Shown here: positions 21,815 to 32,967 of the stretch, piece after piece
Layout of the letters: each line of letters begins with the position of its first letter
How positions within the stretch are numbered: the first letter of the stretch is position 1
Source: Blastocladiella emersonii ATCC 22665
Taxonomy: Eukaryota; Fungi; Blastocladiomycota
Assembly (NCBI GenBank): GCA_025594325.1
Contig: JANHCV010000004.1
Span: forward strand, 2,046,001 to 2,110,000
Reading direction: 5' to 3'
DNA length: 64,000 bases
The notes under the pieces: model-generated
Databases searched by the model: none
What the model saw: the letters and a program-made list of their open reading frames with translations, nothing else
Told to the model about the DNA's origin: nothing
Position numbers and translations under genes: made by a program

Positions 21815-22597
21815 GTGTACTATGCCGTACTCTCGAGCGTTGCGATCGGGCGGCTGTTCATGCTGCTCGCCAACTTCGCCTGCTACATCGCACCCGAGCA
21901 GTTCCCGCTTGTCATGACTTGGTCCATCAACGTCGTCGATGCGGCGTGCGGCGTCTCATTCGTGCTATTGAACGCTGCTCGGTACGATCCGTCACCTGAA
22001 GACACGCAGCAAAGGCTAAACTCACCAACCGAAACGCTCGCGGTAGTCTCTACGTCACTTGCTATGATCGATACAGGCGAATGGTCCAGATCTTGTTGGT
22101 CGGTGTGCCCGTGTCCGCCATCTTGCAGATCATCACTTCAGGCATGTACCTCGCCAAAGAACAAGCTGGCTATCTTACGGCCGACTTGTCGGTTCCTGAC
22201 CAACTCTACGCCGGTACTTGCCATAAGCACACAGTTAAAGATGCGCCTCACTGACACGGCGTCGCTCATAGTTTGGAACTTGGTGGACGCCATGGTAAAC
22301 GGATCCATCTCGCTCGCGTTCATTTACTTTCTGCGCGTCTACACCGTGGCGACTCCAGGGCAACCGGTACTTCGGCGCGGTATGGCGAGCCTGATCCGGC
22401 ACATGCAGATTCTGCTCCTCATCGAGACAGTCTTGTTCCTCTCCGTGGCAACTACGCGGTTGGTCCGACCCGAGGTCGATCCGCTCTGGCTGCTCCTCAC
22501 GTTCGCTGACAGCGTCCGCATGCGATGCTTCACCTGGCATGTCTTGCGATTTGCACTTCTCCCGACGCGCCAAGGACTGACGTTTGTTCTGATATAG
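21815..22597 (+). CDS. Putative multi-pass membrane protein; exon structure unresolved
   Basis: Several hydrophobic helices (VAIGRLFMLLANFACYIA, VVDAACGVSFVLL, LIVWNLVDAMVNGSISLAFIYFL, MQILLLIETVLFLSVA). Polar intervening stretches probably include introns. Confidence 0.5.
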   Translation: MYYAVLSSVAIGRLFMLLANFACYIAPEQFPLVMTWSINVVDAACGVSFVLLNAARYDPSPEDTQQRLNSPTETLAVVSTSLAMIDTGEWSRSCWSVCPCPPSCRSSLQACTSPKNKLAILRPTCRFLTNSTPVLAISTQLKMRLTDTASLIVWNLVDAMVNGSISLAFIYFLRVYTVATPGQPVLRRGMASLIRHMQILLLIETVLFLSVATTRLVRPEVDPLWLLLTFADSVRMRCFTWHVLRFALLPTRQGLTFVLI

Positions 22598-23128
22598 GTT
22601 TCTCGGTGGACTCGATCGCGTGATGCGGAAGAAGAGCAAGACGGGCGTCAAGCTTGGCGGAAAGCTGTCCGTGCCGATTCTGGTTCAGGTCGACGCTGAA
22701 TTGGGAAGGAGCTCGTTACTCGCGCCCTCGTCAAGTCAATTGATGAGTCGCTAAAGTATAATATACATCAGTTGCAGGTCATAATCCGCTTGTTCTTCTC
22801 TACGAGGCACAAGTTTCGTTCAACTGCCTCCTGACCGCTGAGTCGCGGATGACGCTCCTTGACGTCTGTTGCGGTGCGAGGTTTCACCAATACTGCCGTT
22901 TTCTCCATAATATTGAACAGACGGAGCGATCAGACTGACCCGAAGGTCGGCGGGAGACGCGTTTTGATATCATGTGACGAGCGCGAGACAATTTGCGGTG
23001 ATTGTGACTCCCGCCTTCGCGATCACGGCGTTGAGGAAGGCTGCTCTTGCCCACGCGATCCACACACTCGCCCATGCATCGAATGAAGTAATTACTACTT
23101 GCAACGAACACATCTCAACATTGCACTT

Positions 23129-26100
23129 ATGTCCTCTGCACCGGGACCGCCGCGCCGGACTTCGGCTCGGCTTCAGGCGCGGGCTGCCGCTGCCGCGGGC
23201 GAGCCCACCATCGATGCCATTGCCGAGCACGAGCTTGCATCATCTGCTTCTTCCGTCGAGCTCGTGCCTTCTCGGAAGCGTCCTCGTGTGGCGCGTGTGC
23301 CTGTCGAGGTCATTTCGCTGATTGAAAGCGACGATGACGATCCCGCCGGCGACTCGAGGCCGGCTCCCGCTTTGATTGCTCCAGCTCCCGCTCCCGCCTC
23401 TGCCAACGCTCGCGATCCATCGCCGGTGCCACCGCGGAAGCGCCCCCGTGTGGTGGTGCGTCGCAAGGCGGTGGTATCGGACGGCGAGAGCGACGACTTT
23501 CAGCCCATGAGCGAGGACGACGAGCCTTTTATCGTCTCTGCTCCAGCCCCACGCACCACGAAGCGCGGTCGTGCTGCGCCTCCGAAGCGCGCCGCGACTC
23601 CGACTTTACCCAGTCGCTTTGTTCCGGACCCGATCGACGCTCCTGTCCCCGCCGCTCTTACCACCTCGCAGTCACCCGAGTATCGCGCGGCTCGCCTTCA
23701 CGCCGAGCGCGCCGCTTGCGGGTGGTGGGTTCCCTTTGACGCCGAGGAGTGCCTCGATTCGGCGGGTCTGGCACTTTCGACAACACCGGACCGTCTCGCA
23801 CCCGAGTCCGACGTTGCCGCGTGGATTGACAACCCGACGACGCAGTTTGGTCAAGCAGGTACGCCTACATGCTCATCGGAGACGGTTACTCGCTGGGTAA
23901 CTCACCACGCGACTCGTAATAGACCTGTTCCTCGGTGCCGACGCCGTCGTACTCGCTCAGCGACTTCCGATGCCCGAGGACTGCTTGAGCTCCCGCAAGG
24001 TGTGGCTCGACTTTGCGTGTCCCGTCCTTGCTGACGTCAGCTTCCACCGCGAGGCTGTCTTCCGGCTGGAGCGCGTGCACCACGATGGCGAAGGCGCGAA
24101 GCGGGAGGTGGACCACAAGGCTATCGAAGGCGTCACCTACCGTGCCATGGACCCTCAGCCGTACGACGCTTCGCGCAAGTACACCCTGGACGACTTCATG
24201 CCCCTGATCGAGGAGGACCCGTACTTTACGCGCCGGCACCGCAAGACGTGGGGCATCCTGAAAAAGTCGGGCCAGATCGTCGCCATGAACCTTTTCGCAC
24301 TCGATGGCGGTCCTGCATTCACGATCCCCGATGCGAGTCCGTATTCTACATCTAGCGGCATTCCGCCTGGCTCTTTCCGCTACTCCGCGCCGTGGGCGCG
24401 CACGGCAGGTTCAGTCCTTATGCCCGCTTCCCGCGATCTTCCTGCGCGTCCCTTTGTCGACCTCGACCCGAGCTTCATGCCGTACCTCCGCCTCGTGCTG
24501 CGACCCGTTACCGGCGAGCGGTACCCTGACGCGGGCGCGCAGTTCACGTACCAGCTTGCCGCTTACCTGCGCACCGACAAGGCGAACCGCGACCTGTGCG
24601 ACCCGGGTCGGCGTCTCGCTGCGCGCAAAGTCCTGCGCCAGCTCTTCCGGGTCTACCACCCGGCCATGACCAAGGAACATGCTGCCGATTCGATGCCCAT
24701 TCCCCTCTCCGACAACGGCAAGGTTACGCAGCTTACCACGGTCGCACCCGACGCGGCCACCGTCGCGCCGTTATCCGCTGCGGCGAGCGGTCTCGCCGCG
24801 TGGCTTCATCATCTCGAGGGCAGCGAGTCAGCTCGAACGCTCGATGTCAATGCGTCGCGTACCCGCACCGAGCCCTACTTCCGCCTCGGGCCGGGCGGCA
24901 TGATCTTCAACTACTCGACGGGCGAGTTTGCTGCGACTTGCCCGCCGTCGTGGCTGCTCCCGATTCCCGTGCCGCAGCTCCGCCAGTTCCGCGCGGCACT
25001 CGTGCACGGCCCCAGCGACCTGTCGTCCATCTGCGCGGGATTGCTTTCTCCCGTCTCGCCCGACATGCCGACGCCGCACAACGACGACGCCGCTGCTCGC
25101 ATCCCTTCTCGCGCGACGCTCGTTGTGCTGCCGTCGGAAGCGCTCGTCGACCAGTGGCACGCGGCAGCCCTGCGCGACCTTGGTCCCGCAGCTCGGATCG
25201 TCTGCCTGCGTGACGTGGCCGATTACCGCGCCACGACGTGGTCGGACGTTGCGCACGCGGACGCCGTTTTCTGCGACGCCCGCCTTCTGAACGACGAATA
25301 CCGCAGCGCCATGCAGGTGGCGGTGGGAAGCCCCAGACTGGTTGCGTGGCTCCCGCCTCGCGTTCGTCCGGTTCACCACGATGCGCCGACTGGCGAGTGG
25401 ACTATGTCTCGCGAGTTCGAGTCGATGGCCATGGGCCACGTCCGCGGTGCCGTCGACGACGGGCTGCCGCGCGGCGCCAAGTCCGAGGACCCCGACGCTT
25501 TCGCTGACCGCGTCGTGCTCGAGGGCTTCTTCTATCGGCGCGTGGTGATTGCTGTGCCGACCAGCGACACCCACACCGATTACTTGGCTCCGCTCTTTGC
25601 AAGCCTCCGCGCCGGGCTCATGGTGGGCGTTCACCGCGACTCGAGCACCATTTCCTTGGCAACGCTTCATTCTCGCCTGCGTCCCGTCCTCGACCATCAT
25701 CTCCCGCACGACGTCCATGTCGCTGCCGCTTTTATCGAGCGGTTCGCCCGCCACGTGTCGCTTTCGCAAGCCGATCACCGCGTCGTTTCGACCCTGGCCC
25801 TTCCCGCGCTCGCTGACGCGCCCGCCGACGGCCTTGACGGCCGCGCCCTTGCCTTGCGCCAGAGCCCGCTGCTTACACCGACTGTGTCGCGTCTCGGCGC
25901 CATGTTCTGCGGCCGCGTGGAGCCTGGAACCCAGTCAATCAACGATCTTGACATACACGCGTATTCACAGCTGGTCCGGCTTGATAATGTACCACACGAC
26001 GTGGGATGGGCGATTTCCCTTGGCGTAAACCGTAAAGCCGTCAAGATTGCTCACGCGCCTCGACATTCGTCTTTTCCGCCTGACTATGCATCGTGGGGCA

Positions 26101-26810
26101 AGAAGCGGCGCAGGGCGTGGCGACGGAACAACCCCCCATCTTCCCCATATGCGCGTAGCGCTCCGTTCTTTGGACTTGCCCAGCTGCTTATCGAGGCGCG
26201 GGCGGCGCGGACTGCCGGGATCCAGTCCGTCGAGGTCCCCGGTGCGACCGCCGCTGCGGCCGAGCAGCAGCCTGAGCCCAAGGCCGAGGCCGACACGGTT
26301 TCCGCGCCGCCGCAGCTCAACTACGGCCTCAAGATGCAGGCGGTGCTCGACCACCTGCAGACCTCCGCCGCCGCCGGCTCGCGCACCGTGATCTGGTGCC
26401 AGTCGCCCGAGCTCGCCGCCCTCATTGCGCGCGTGGTGACCACCACGACCGACCTTTCGATCGTCGACGCGGCCTCGCCGAACCTCGCGCTCGCGGAGCG
26501 GGCGCTCACCGAGTTCAACGAGGGCACGGCGAGCCAGCGCGCGATCGTCCTCTCGCTCCTCGCCGCAGACGGGTCAGTCGTCAAGGCGCCCCTCTTCCCG
26601 CGCACGCTCAAGAACGTGCAGCACGTCCTCTTCGTCCACCCGGTTGTCGGCGCGAGCGAGACCGAGACGCTCAAGCTCGTCCGCCGCGCGATCTGGATCG
26701 CCGAGGACGCGAACGTCGCGGTCAAGTGGCTCGTGGCCAAGGACACGGTCGAGGAGCAGCTCATGGCTCCGATTGCGGGCAAGTACGGCTTCTCGATGCA
26801 GGCCGTGTAG
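23129..26810 (+). CDS. SNF2/Rad5-Rad16-like protein with degenerate helicase motifs (exons 23129..23858 and 23923..26810)
   Basis: Intron GTACGC..TAATAG joins the two ORFs in frame. Motif Ia-like ATLVVLPSEALVDQW; VVLEGFFYRRVVI; HELICc-like YGLKMQAVLDHL, RTVIWCQ, ALTEFN, AIVLSL, QHVLFVHP, VKWLVAKDTVEEQL. Confidence 0.75.
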
Positions 26811-27750
26811 TGTTTTTTTTTTTTAGTTGTATTTTCTCGTTCATATATGATCTTATGTTTCCGACGCTGGACTTGAAGCTCGCGAAGCTGGTCGGCTGCG
26901 AGACGCGTCGCGAAATAACGTGAGTGGCGCATGCGCGGCGATCACTCCTTCGATCGATGTCCGCGACTTAGGCCGCGACTCTACCTGCCCCCTCCCATCG
27001 GCAAGCAATACACACCCAGCGCTTGATTCCGCGAACCCTAGTTCGAGGCTCTGGTTGTACGACGCGGCTCAAATCTCAGCATCTGAGTCGTGAGGGTAAG
27101 GACCTGAGGGCGACGACCCCGGCTCCTCACGGCCGCGGCCACTCACTCCTTTGCATCAAGCCCGCTCAGTCATGTCACCTCGGTGAACTCACGCGTATGC
27201 GGCAGATCCCACTGACCGTCCGTCCAGCAGTAGCCGAGTCGCGGGAGCAGTTGGGTGAGGACAAGCTTTTTAGCGCGCGGCCCCCTTCAGGAAAGACTGT
27301 GCAGGAAACATCGGGCCGCGCGATGCCCGAGATCAAAGGAGAGAATTTGAGTCGGTGGCGTCGGGTGATGCGGCGTGACGCAAAGGGGAGGACGCGAAGG
27401 GGAGCGCGCCGCTGCGCTCGCGTGCGAGTTCTGGACTCCGGAGCACTCGAAGCGTGAAGGGAAAGCAGACGACGGAAATAAATGTAACTCACGGCAAACA
27501 CTTCGTTTTGAGGTCTCCGACTGTGAGCCGCGACGACGGGGGTGGTCGGCGTGGGGTGCTGGAGTCACGGCCGCGCCGGCCACGGTCACGGTGGGCTCGA
27601 TGGCCGTCTGCGGGCCTCGGAGCGGGTCGAAGAGACAGCGCGGGATGTACCTCGTGTGTGGGAAGCGATGGTAGCGCGGGCAGCAAGTTCGGGTTGAGCG
27701 TGGTAACTGGGGAGGCCGCGAGCGCTCGTGGCGAGGCGCGCGGCGAGTGC

Positions 27751-27911
27751 AGCTTGAACGTGATGAACGGGAGGGTATGAGCGCCTGCGGCGCGGTTCGA
27801 CAGCGATTGCAGCTCGAGCGTGATGAGCAGAAGGGTGTGCGCGCCTGCGGCGTGACTCTACAGTGATCGCACCTTGAGCGTGATGAGCGGGAGGGTGTGA
27901 GCGCCTGTGGC
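27751..27911 (+). repeat. 60-bp degenerate tandem repeat, ~2.7 copies
   Basis: Units begin at 27751, 27811 and 27871 (A(G/C)CT(T/C)GA(A/G)CGTGATGA..G.AGGGT.TG.GCGCCTG.GGCG). Confidence 0.8.
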
Positions 27912-28094
27912 GAAGCCCCGTTAGAGACGATCCTGTGTGATGGGAGGGAAGCTGGGAAAAGCGCATGGCGACAGCGGACGTACGGCGGAAAGGGGCAGCT
28001 CGCGCGCGTTGCGAAGTAACAGGAGGGATGATGGCGCGAGAGACGACGTCCAGGTGTTGACGCGGCGACGCGGGCAGCGGCTACGCAGCAACGA

Positions 28095-28800
28095 CGGCGG
28101 CGGCAAGATGATCGCCGACCAAGCGCCTGCGGCGAGGATTGACGAACGGAGTTGAGTGATGGTGTGGTCGTCGGTTATGGTCGTCAGGATCGAGTGAAGC
28201 AATGAGATCTGGTCGTAGAGGCGCGTCGTGTTTCAGCCGCGGCCGCCACGGCACCTTGGCGACGACTGACTGTTGCAACGCGGCGCCGCACGAAACGCGC
28301 GCCTCAATACTCCAAGTAGGTAAAGGAACCATAACGAATAGCAACAGGGCAAGCCGCGAGCGAGCGAGCACCTTGGCGGCCAATGATCAAGGACACGGCT
28401 ATGAAGCGACGACGTGTCGCGCTGATCGCCCTCGCCGCGGCATGCGCCGCGGATCGACTAAGACGGCGGCAGAGTGATCGCAGACTTTGCGCCTGCGGCG
28501 AGGATCTACGGTTGAAGTTCAGTGATGGAATGGTCGTCGGTTATGTTCGCCAGGATCGAGTGGAGAAGAGGGACCCGGTCGGAGAGAAGCGTCGTGTTTC
28601 AGCCGCGGCCGCCACGCTACCCTGGAGACGGCGCGGCACTGGACGCGAAGCGCATCGCGAAAGTCCAAGGAGGGAGAGGGATCATAACGATTAGCATCAG
28701 GGCCAGCCGCGAGTGGACGCTCTGGCGGCCGGCGACCAAGGGTACGGCCGTGAAGCAACGGTCCGCGCTGTTCGTGCTCGCTTCGGCATGCGCCGAGGCT
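28095..28800 (+). repeat. ~366-bp degenerate direct duplication
   Basis: AGTGATGG..TGGTCGTCGGTTATG.TCG.CAGGATCGAGTG at 28155 and 28521; GCGTCGTGTTTCAGCCGCGGCCGCCACG in both copies. Confidence 0.8.
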
Positions 28801-29271
28801 CAACGAACGTTTGAGCAAACGGGAAACCGCGAACTGGAGCCGCGAGAGCCGACTTGCCTCGCAGAAAAGCTGGGCGACGTCGGCGACCGTGAGATACGTA
28901 CGCACGCACGCGCGACGGCAAGCACGACGACGATTCGGAACGGCACGCACGTCATGACCCATCCAGCGCGATCAACGGCTAGCGGGACCCAAACCGTCCA
29001 CCGTGAAGCGATCGACCTAGAGTGGCCGCCACGCGAAGAACGACACCGAAGGCTCGTAAACGCACGTAAACGCGGGATCACGGTGCAGCGTCAACGTGCG
29101 ACCGCCGAAACTCGCAGGCGGGGACCGACCACACGCCGTTGCGAGAGCCGACCGCGGGAATGTGTGCATCGCGCGAGCCACCGCCGAGCGGTTTACCGCG
29201 TAGCATTAGCATCAATATATGGAATAGGCACACGTCACTACGTGACGAGCGACAGCGATGCACTTATGCCC

Positions 29272-29610
29272 GCCACTCCCGCCCGCCCACATCTAGAGAG
29301 CGACCCTTGCACAGCGCCAACGTTGCATCAGCCGTAAGAAAGCAGCCGTACGCAGACCAAGGGTGTAGCGGGCCGAGGGACGGCGCGCGCTTCGCACGCG
29401 GTCGCGCTACCGCACGACGAAACGACGCGAGGGGCAAGCACTGACCCACTCCCCGCCCACATCTAAAGAGCGACCCTTGCACAGCGCCCACGCTGCATCG
29501 CCCGCGAGAGAGCAGCCGTACGCAGACGAAAGGAGAGATCGACCGAGGGACGGCACGCGCGCACTTCGCGCTCGCGGTCGCGCTGACGCGCGACGAACAG
29601 ACGACACCAC
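29272..29610 (+). repeat. ~170-bp degenerate direct duplication
   Basis: CCCGCCCACATCTA(G/A)AGAGCGACCCTTGCACAGCGCC at 29282 and 29452. Confidence 0.8.
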
Positions 29611-30053
29611 GGAGCAACGACGCCATGATACGTTGATCGACATGAGAGGAGATACGTTGCAAGTTGCTGGGAGAGCGAGAGAGGGAGAGCGACGATCGGC
29701 AGAGAGAGAGCGCCGAGGTCGAGGGAAGCGCCGAGGTGGAGAGAAAAAAACAAAAGAACGCTGGACGGTGATTGGCCGAGCACCAGGCAGCCATAGTTTA
29801 GCCAGGAAAAGCCGCTGCAAGGCAATGCCGAAGTCACACGACTGACCGACCAATGAAATGGCGGGACGCTCTTCAGGAGGTGGCGTGAATTGAGGGACGG
29901 CGGCTAGAGTAATTGTAGGACCTGTGCGCGACTCCGGCCCGACCACTCGCTCGTTCGCATCAAAGCCTTCACTCGCAACATCCTGCCACTAGTATTACAC
30001 TCAGCGAGATGCGAGATAACGTCGCGCGGACCGGCCTGTATTCCAATACTCGC

Positions 30054-30357
30054 CTACCCGTAATGCACCCGCGTCACGCGCATCCCCGCGTCGACCGTGA
30101 CGTTGAGCCGCTCGGGACGGAAGTCCATGGTGACGAAGCTGCCGGGCGGGACGACGCGGTGCGGGTTCGGGAGCGCCGACTTGGCGAAGGTGGTGGCGGC
30201 CTACAGACGGGCGTATGTCTCAGCGTCGCCGCGGGCGCCGAGCGGGAGCGCACGCGACGCGCACCTCAGACTCGGCGACAGGCCCGTCGACGAGCGTCTT
30301 GCCCATCAGGGCGCGTTGCCAGTACTCCTGGGTGTTTTCATGGGCGGGGGTGGTCAT
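30054..30357 (-). CDS. Peptidase inhibitor I78-like protein, copy 3 (79 aa; exons 30265..30357 and 30054..30200)
   Basis: MTTPAHENTQEYWQRALMGKTLVDGPVAESE-AATTFAKSALPNPHRVVPPGSFVTMDFRPERLNVTVDAGMRVTRVHYG. Canonical VTMDFRPERLNV loop; same intron position as copies 1 and 2. Confidence 0.85.
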
Positions 30358-30537
30358 GGTTTCAGTGCTTCGTGGTCAGGGTTGTTGGGGGAGCGAGGAT
30401 GGGCCGCGAGCGAGCACGCGCCGATGAGCGACGCGACGAGTGGACAGTGAACTAAAAACATGGACCGATGTATTGCAATTTCCTTCTTCTCCATTCCGTT
30501 CCTACCCGCGCTCCTCCTCGGAACCCGCCCGTCGGCT

Positions 30538-32082
30538 CTAGTTGGCCGGTGGCGACGGCCCGGCGGACGGGAGCCCGCTCGCCGCGGCGGCAGCGCCGCC
30601 CGAGGTCGCCATCGCGGCGGCGCCCTGCTGAGCGCGCTCCTGGTCGCGGAGGAACTCGCGCCGGAGCGACGACTCGAGGATGCGCATGGCCTGGTCGACG
30701 TCGCGCGGGTTGCCCGTGATGACAAAGGGGCGGTCGCCGCGGGCGTCGCGCGCGTCCTCGATCGAGATCTTGCACCCGGTCTCCATGCGCACGCGGTTGA
30801 TGCGGTTGCCGCCCTTGCCGATCATGGGGCCGACCTTGGCCGCAGGGCAGTAGAAGGTGCGCGTCTCCTGCGGGCCGCCGGCACCTGGGCCGGATCCGCC
30901 GTTGCCGCTGTGCCCGCCCATCATGGGCCCGTTCGACTGGCCGTACCCGCCGCCGCCGCCGCCCATGGTGTTGCCGCCGTGGTACCCGCCGTGCATCGGC
31001 GCGCCGCCGCCGGACCCGCCCATGTGCGACCCGTGGTGCCCGTACCCGCCGCCGCCCATGCCCGAGCCCGAGTAGTGGCTGCCGCCGCCGGCGCCCGAGT
31101 AGTGGCTCCCGCCGCCCATGCCGCCGGACCCCGAGTAGTGGCCGCCGCCGTGCGACTGCTGGTGATGCCCGCCGCCGCCGTGGTGCATCCCGCCGGCGCC
31201 CTGGTGGTGGTGCCCACCATGTCCACCGTGGTGGCCGCCGTTGGCGGCGCCGGGCGGCATGTGCAGCGAGTACTCTGGGCGGTAGGGGCGGTCGGGGCAG
31301 GGCCGGTCGGCCTGGTCCTTGATGGTGACGAGCATGTGGTAGGTGGCGATGTGGATAGCGTCGGGGACGCCGATCATCTCGAGGACGCGGTCCTGCGAGT
31401 TCGGGAGCGGGGTCGAGGTGGCGACGAGGCGCGCGTTGGACTCTTCCTGGATCTCCTTGATGCGGGCGCCGGCCTTGCCGATGACGGCGCCCATGCGCGA
31501 GTGCGGGATCAGGTACCGCACGGTCAGCGGCGTCGACTCGACCGCGTCGGGCGTGTTGCCGCGCAGGTCGCCCTGGTTGAGGTTGCGCGATACCTGCGCG
31601 TACGCCTTGGCCACCTCCTCGACGGCGCCCGTGATGGACACGACGCGCTCCTGGACGCCCGGCACGTGCTCCGACACCATGACGCGCGCGTTCGACTCCT
31701 CGCGGATCGCCTTGATGTTGGCGCCCTGCTTGCCGATGATCACGCCCGCCTCCTTGGTGCTGACCAGCGACCGCAGCGTGACGTGGTCCGGGTTGACCGG
31801 GTGCCGCGAGTTGTTTCCAGAAGCGGCACCGGCACCGCTGTTGGACCGGTGCGACGGCGGCAGGTCGGGCCGCGCCGCAGCACCGCCGCTGGCGGCCACC
31901 GCCGACGACGACGTGGGCGACCGCGCGCGGTCCTCGGGCAGCGCGTTGGGCGCCGACGCGGCCGCGCTGCCGTGGCCGACGGGACGGTCGCGGTCGCGCG
32001 GCGAGCGCGGGCTCGGGTCCACGGCCGCGAGGCTGACGGCCGCGGCAGGCGCGCCCGTGAAGGAGCTGGTGAAATCAGACAT
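30538..32082 (-). CDS. Three-KH-domain RNA-binding protein (PCBP/hnRNP K/Hek2-Pbp2 family)
   Basis: GxxG loops VIIGKQGANIK, AVIGKAGARIK and PMIGKGGNRIN. Gly/His/Tyr-rich linker between KH2 and KH3. Start placed at ATG 32082. Confidence 0.92.
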   Translation of the reverse strand: MSDFTSSFTGAPAAAVSLAAVDPSPRSPRDRDRPVGHGSAAASAPNALPEDRARSPTSSSAVAASGGAAARPDLPPSHRSNSGAGAASGNNSRHPVNPDHVTLRSLVSTKEAGVIIGKQGANIKAIREESNARVMVSEHVPGVQERVVSITGAVEEVAKAYAQVSRNLNQGDLRGNTPDAVESTPLTVRYLIPHSRMGAVIGKAGARIKEIQEESNARLVATSTPLPNSQDRVLEMIGVPDAIHIATYHMLVTIKDQADRPCPDRPYRPEYSLHMPPGAANGGHHGGHGGHHHQGAGGMHHGGGGHHQQSHGGGHYSGSGGMGGGSHYSGAGGGSHYSGSGMGGGGYGHHGSHMGGSGGGAPMHGGYHGGNTMGGGGGGYGQSNGPMMGGHSGNGGSGPGAGGPQETRTFYCPAAKVGPMIGKGGNRINRVRMETGCKISIEDARDARGDRPFVITGNPRDVDQAMRILESSLRREFLRDQERAQQGAAAMATSGGAAAAASGLPSAGPSPPAN

Positions 32083-32967
32083 GGCGGTGATGGTGATAGT
32101 GGTGATAATGGTGGCGCAGCTGTGGGTGTGAAGTGTCGCCGTTCTGCAGGGTGTACGACCGAGTAGTGGTGGTGGGCATCGATGGGACGCGAAGAGATGG
32201 GCCAGGGTTGGTTGCGGTAGTTGACGACAGGTTGGGTAGAGGGCCAAGTCGAAGGTGATGGTACAAGAGAGCGCGAGTGCAAGTCGCAGAGAGGGCAGGA
32301 ACGATCAGTCAACGAGGAGCGGTCGGCAGCGACGGCGGCGTAGGAGGGAGAGAGCGCGTCGATGGGCGGCGGCGGCCATGGTCGGATGGCACACGGGGAC
32401 GGACAGGGGTGGCGAGCGAGCGGGCGGGCCGAGCAGCGACGCAGGAGGCGTACCGGGGAGGATGGGGAGAGAGGGTAAGGAACGAATTCAGGCACGAGGG
32501 GAGGATGAGGCGGGCAGGCGGACACACACACGCAGACAGGCAGGCAGACAGGCACACGCTCCAGCAGCTCGATTCGTGTTCGCGAGCAGCTGGTGCGTGG
32601 TGGAGGGCGAGGCGATGAAAGAGAGAGCGGCAGGGACCGCGGGCACGGCAGGCCGCAACGCAACGCGCGCGAGCGAGCCGGCCGGCCGCTTCCCGCGAGA
32701 GCATCAGCTGAGGCAGCGTGACCGCCCGACGCGCCACGCGCCGAGCGGCCGGTCTGCGAGACGTCGCTCGCTTGTTCCTGGCCAAGCCCCGCGCGCCCCG
32801 AATTATCGCCGCAGACCGCTCCTCCCTCTCTCCTTTTGCTCGCACATTCGCACCGCTCGCCGCTGGGCGGCCTCCATGTATCTGCGCGCCCTTCACGGCC
32901 GCCCGTCGCCACCCGCCGCCGCACGACCACCCCGACCACCACCACCACCACCACCACCGCCGCCGCC

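Noticed and set aside
27751-27911. CRISPR-like periodicity here and at 63349-63520
   Set aside because: The units are degenerate tandem repeats with no unique spacers, there are no cas genes, and the context is eukaryotic.
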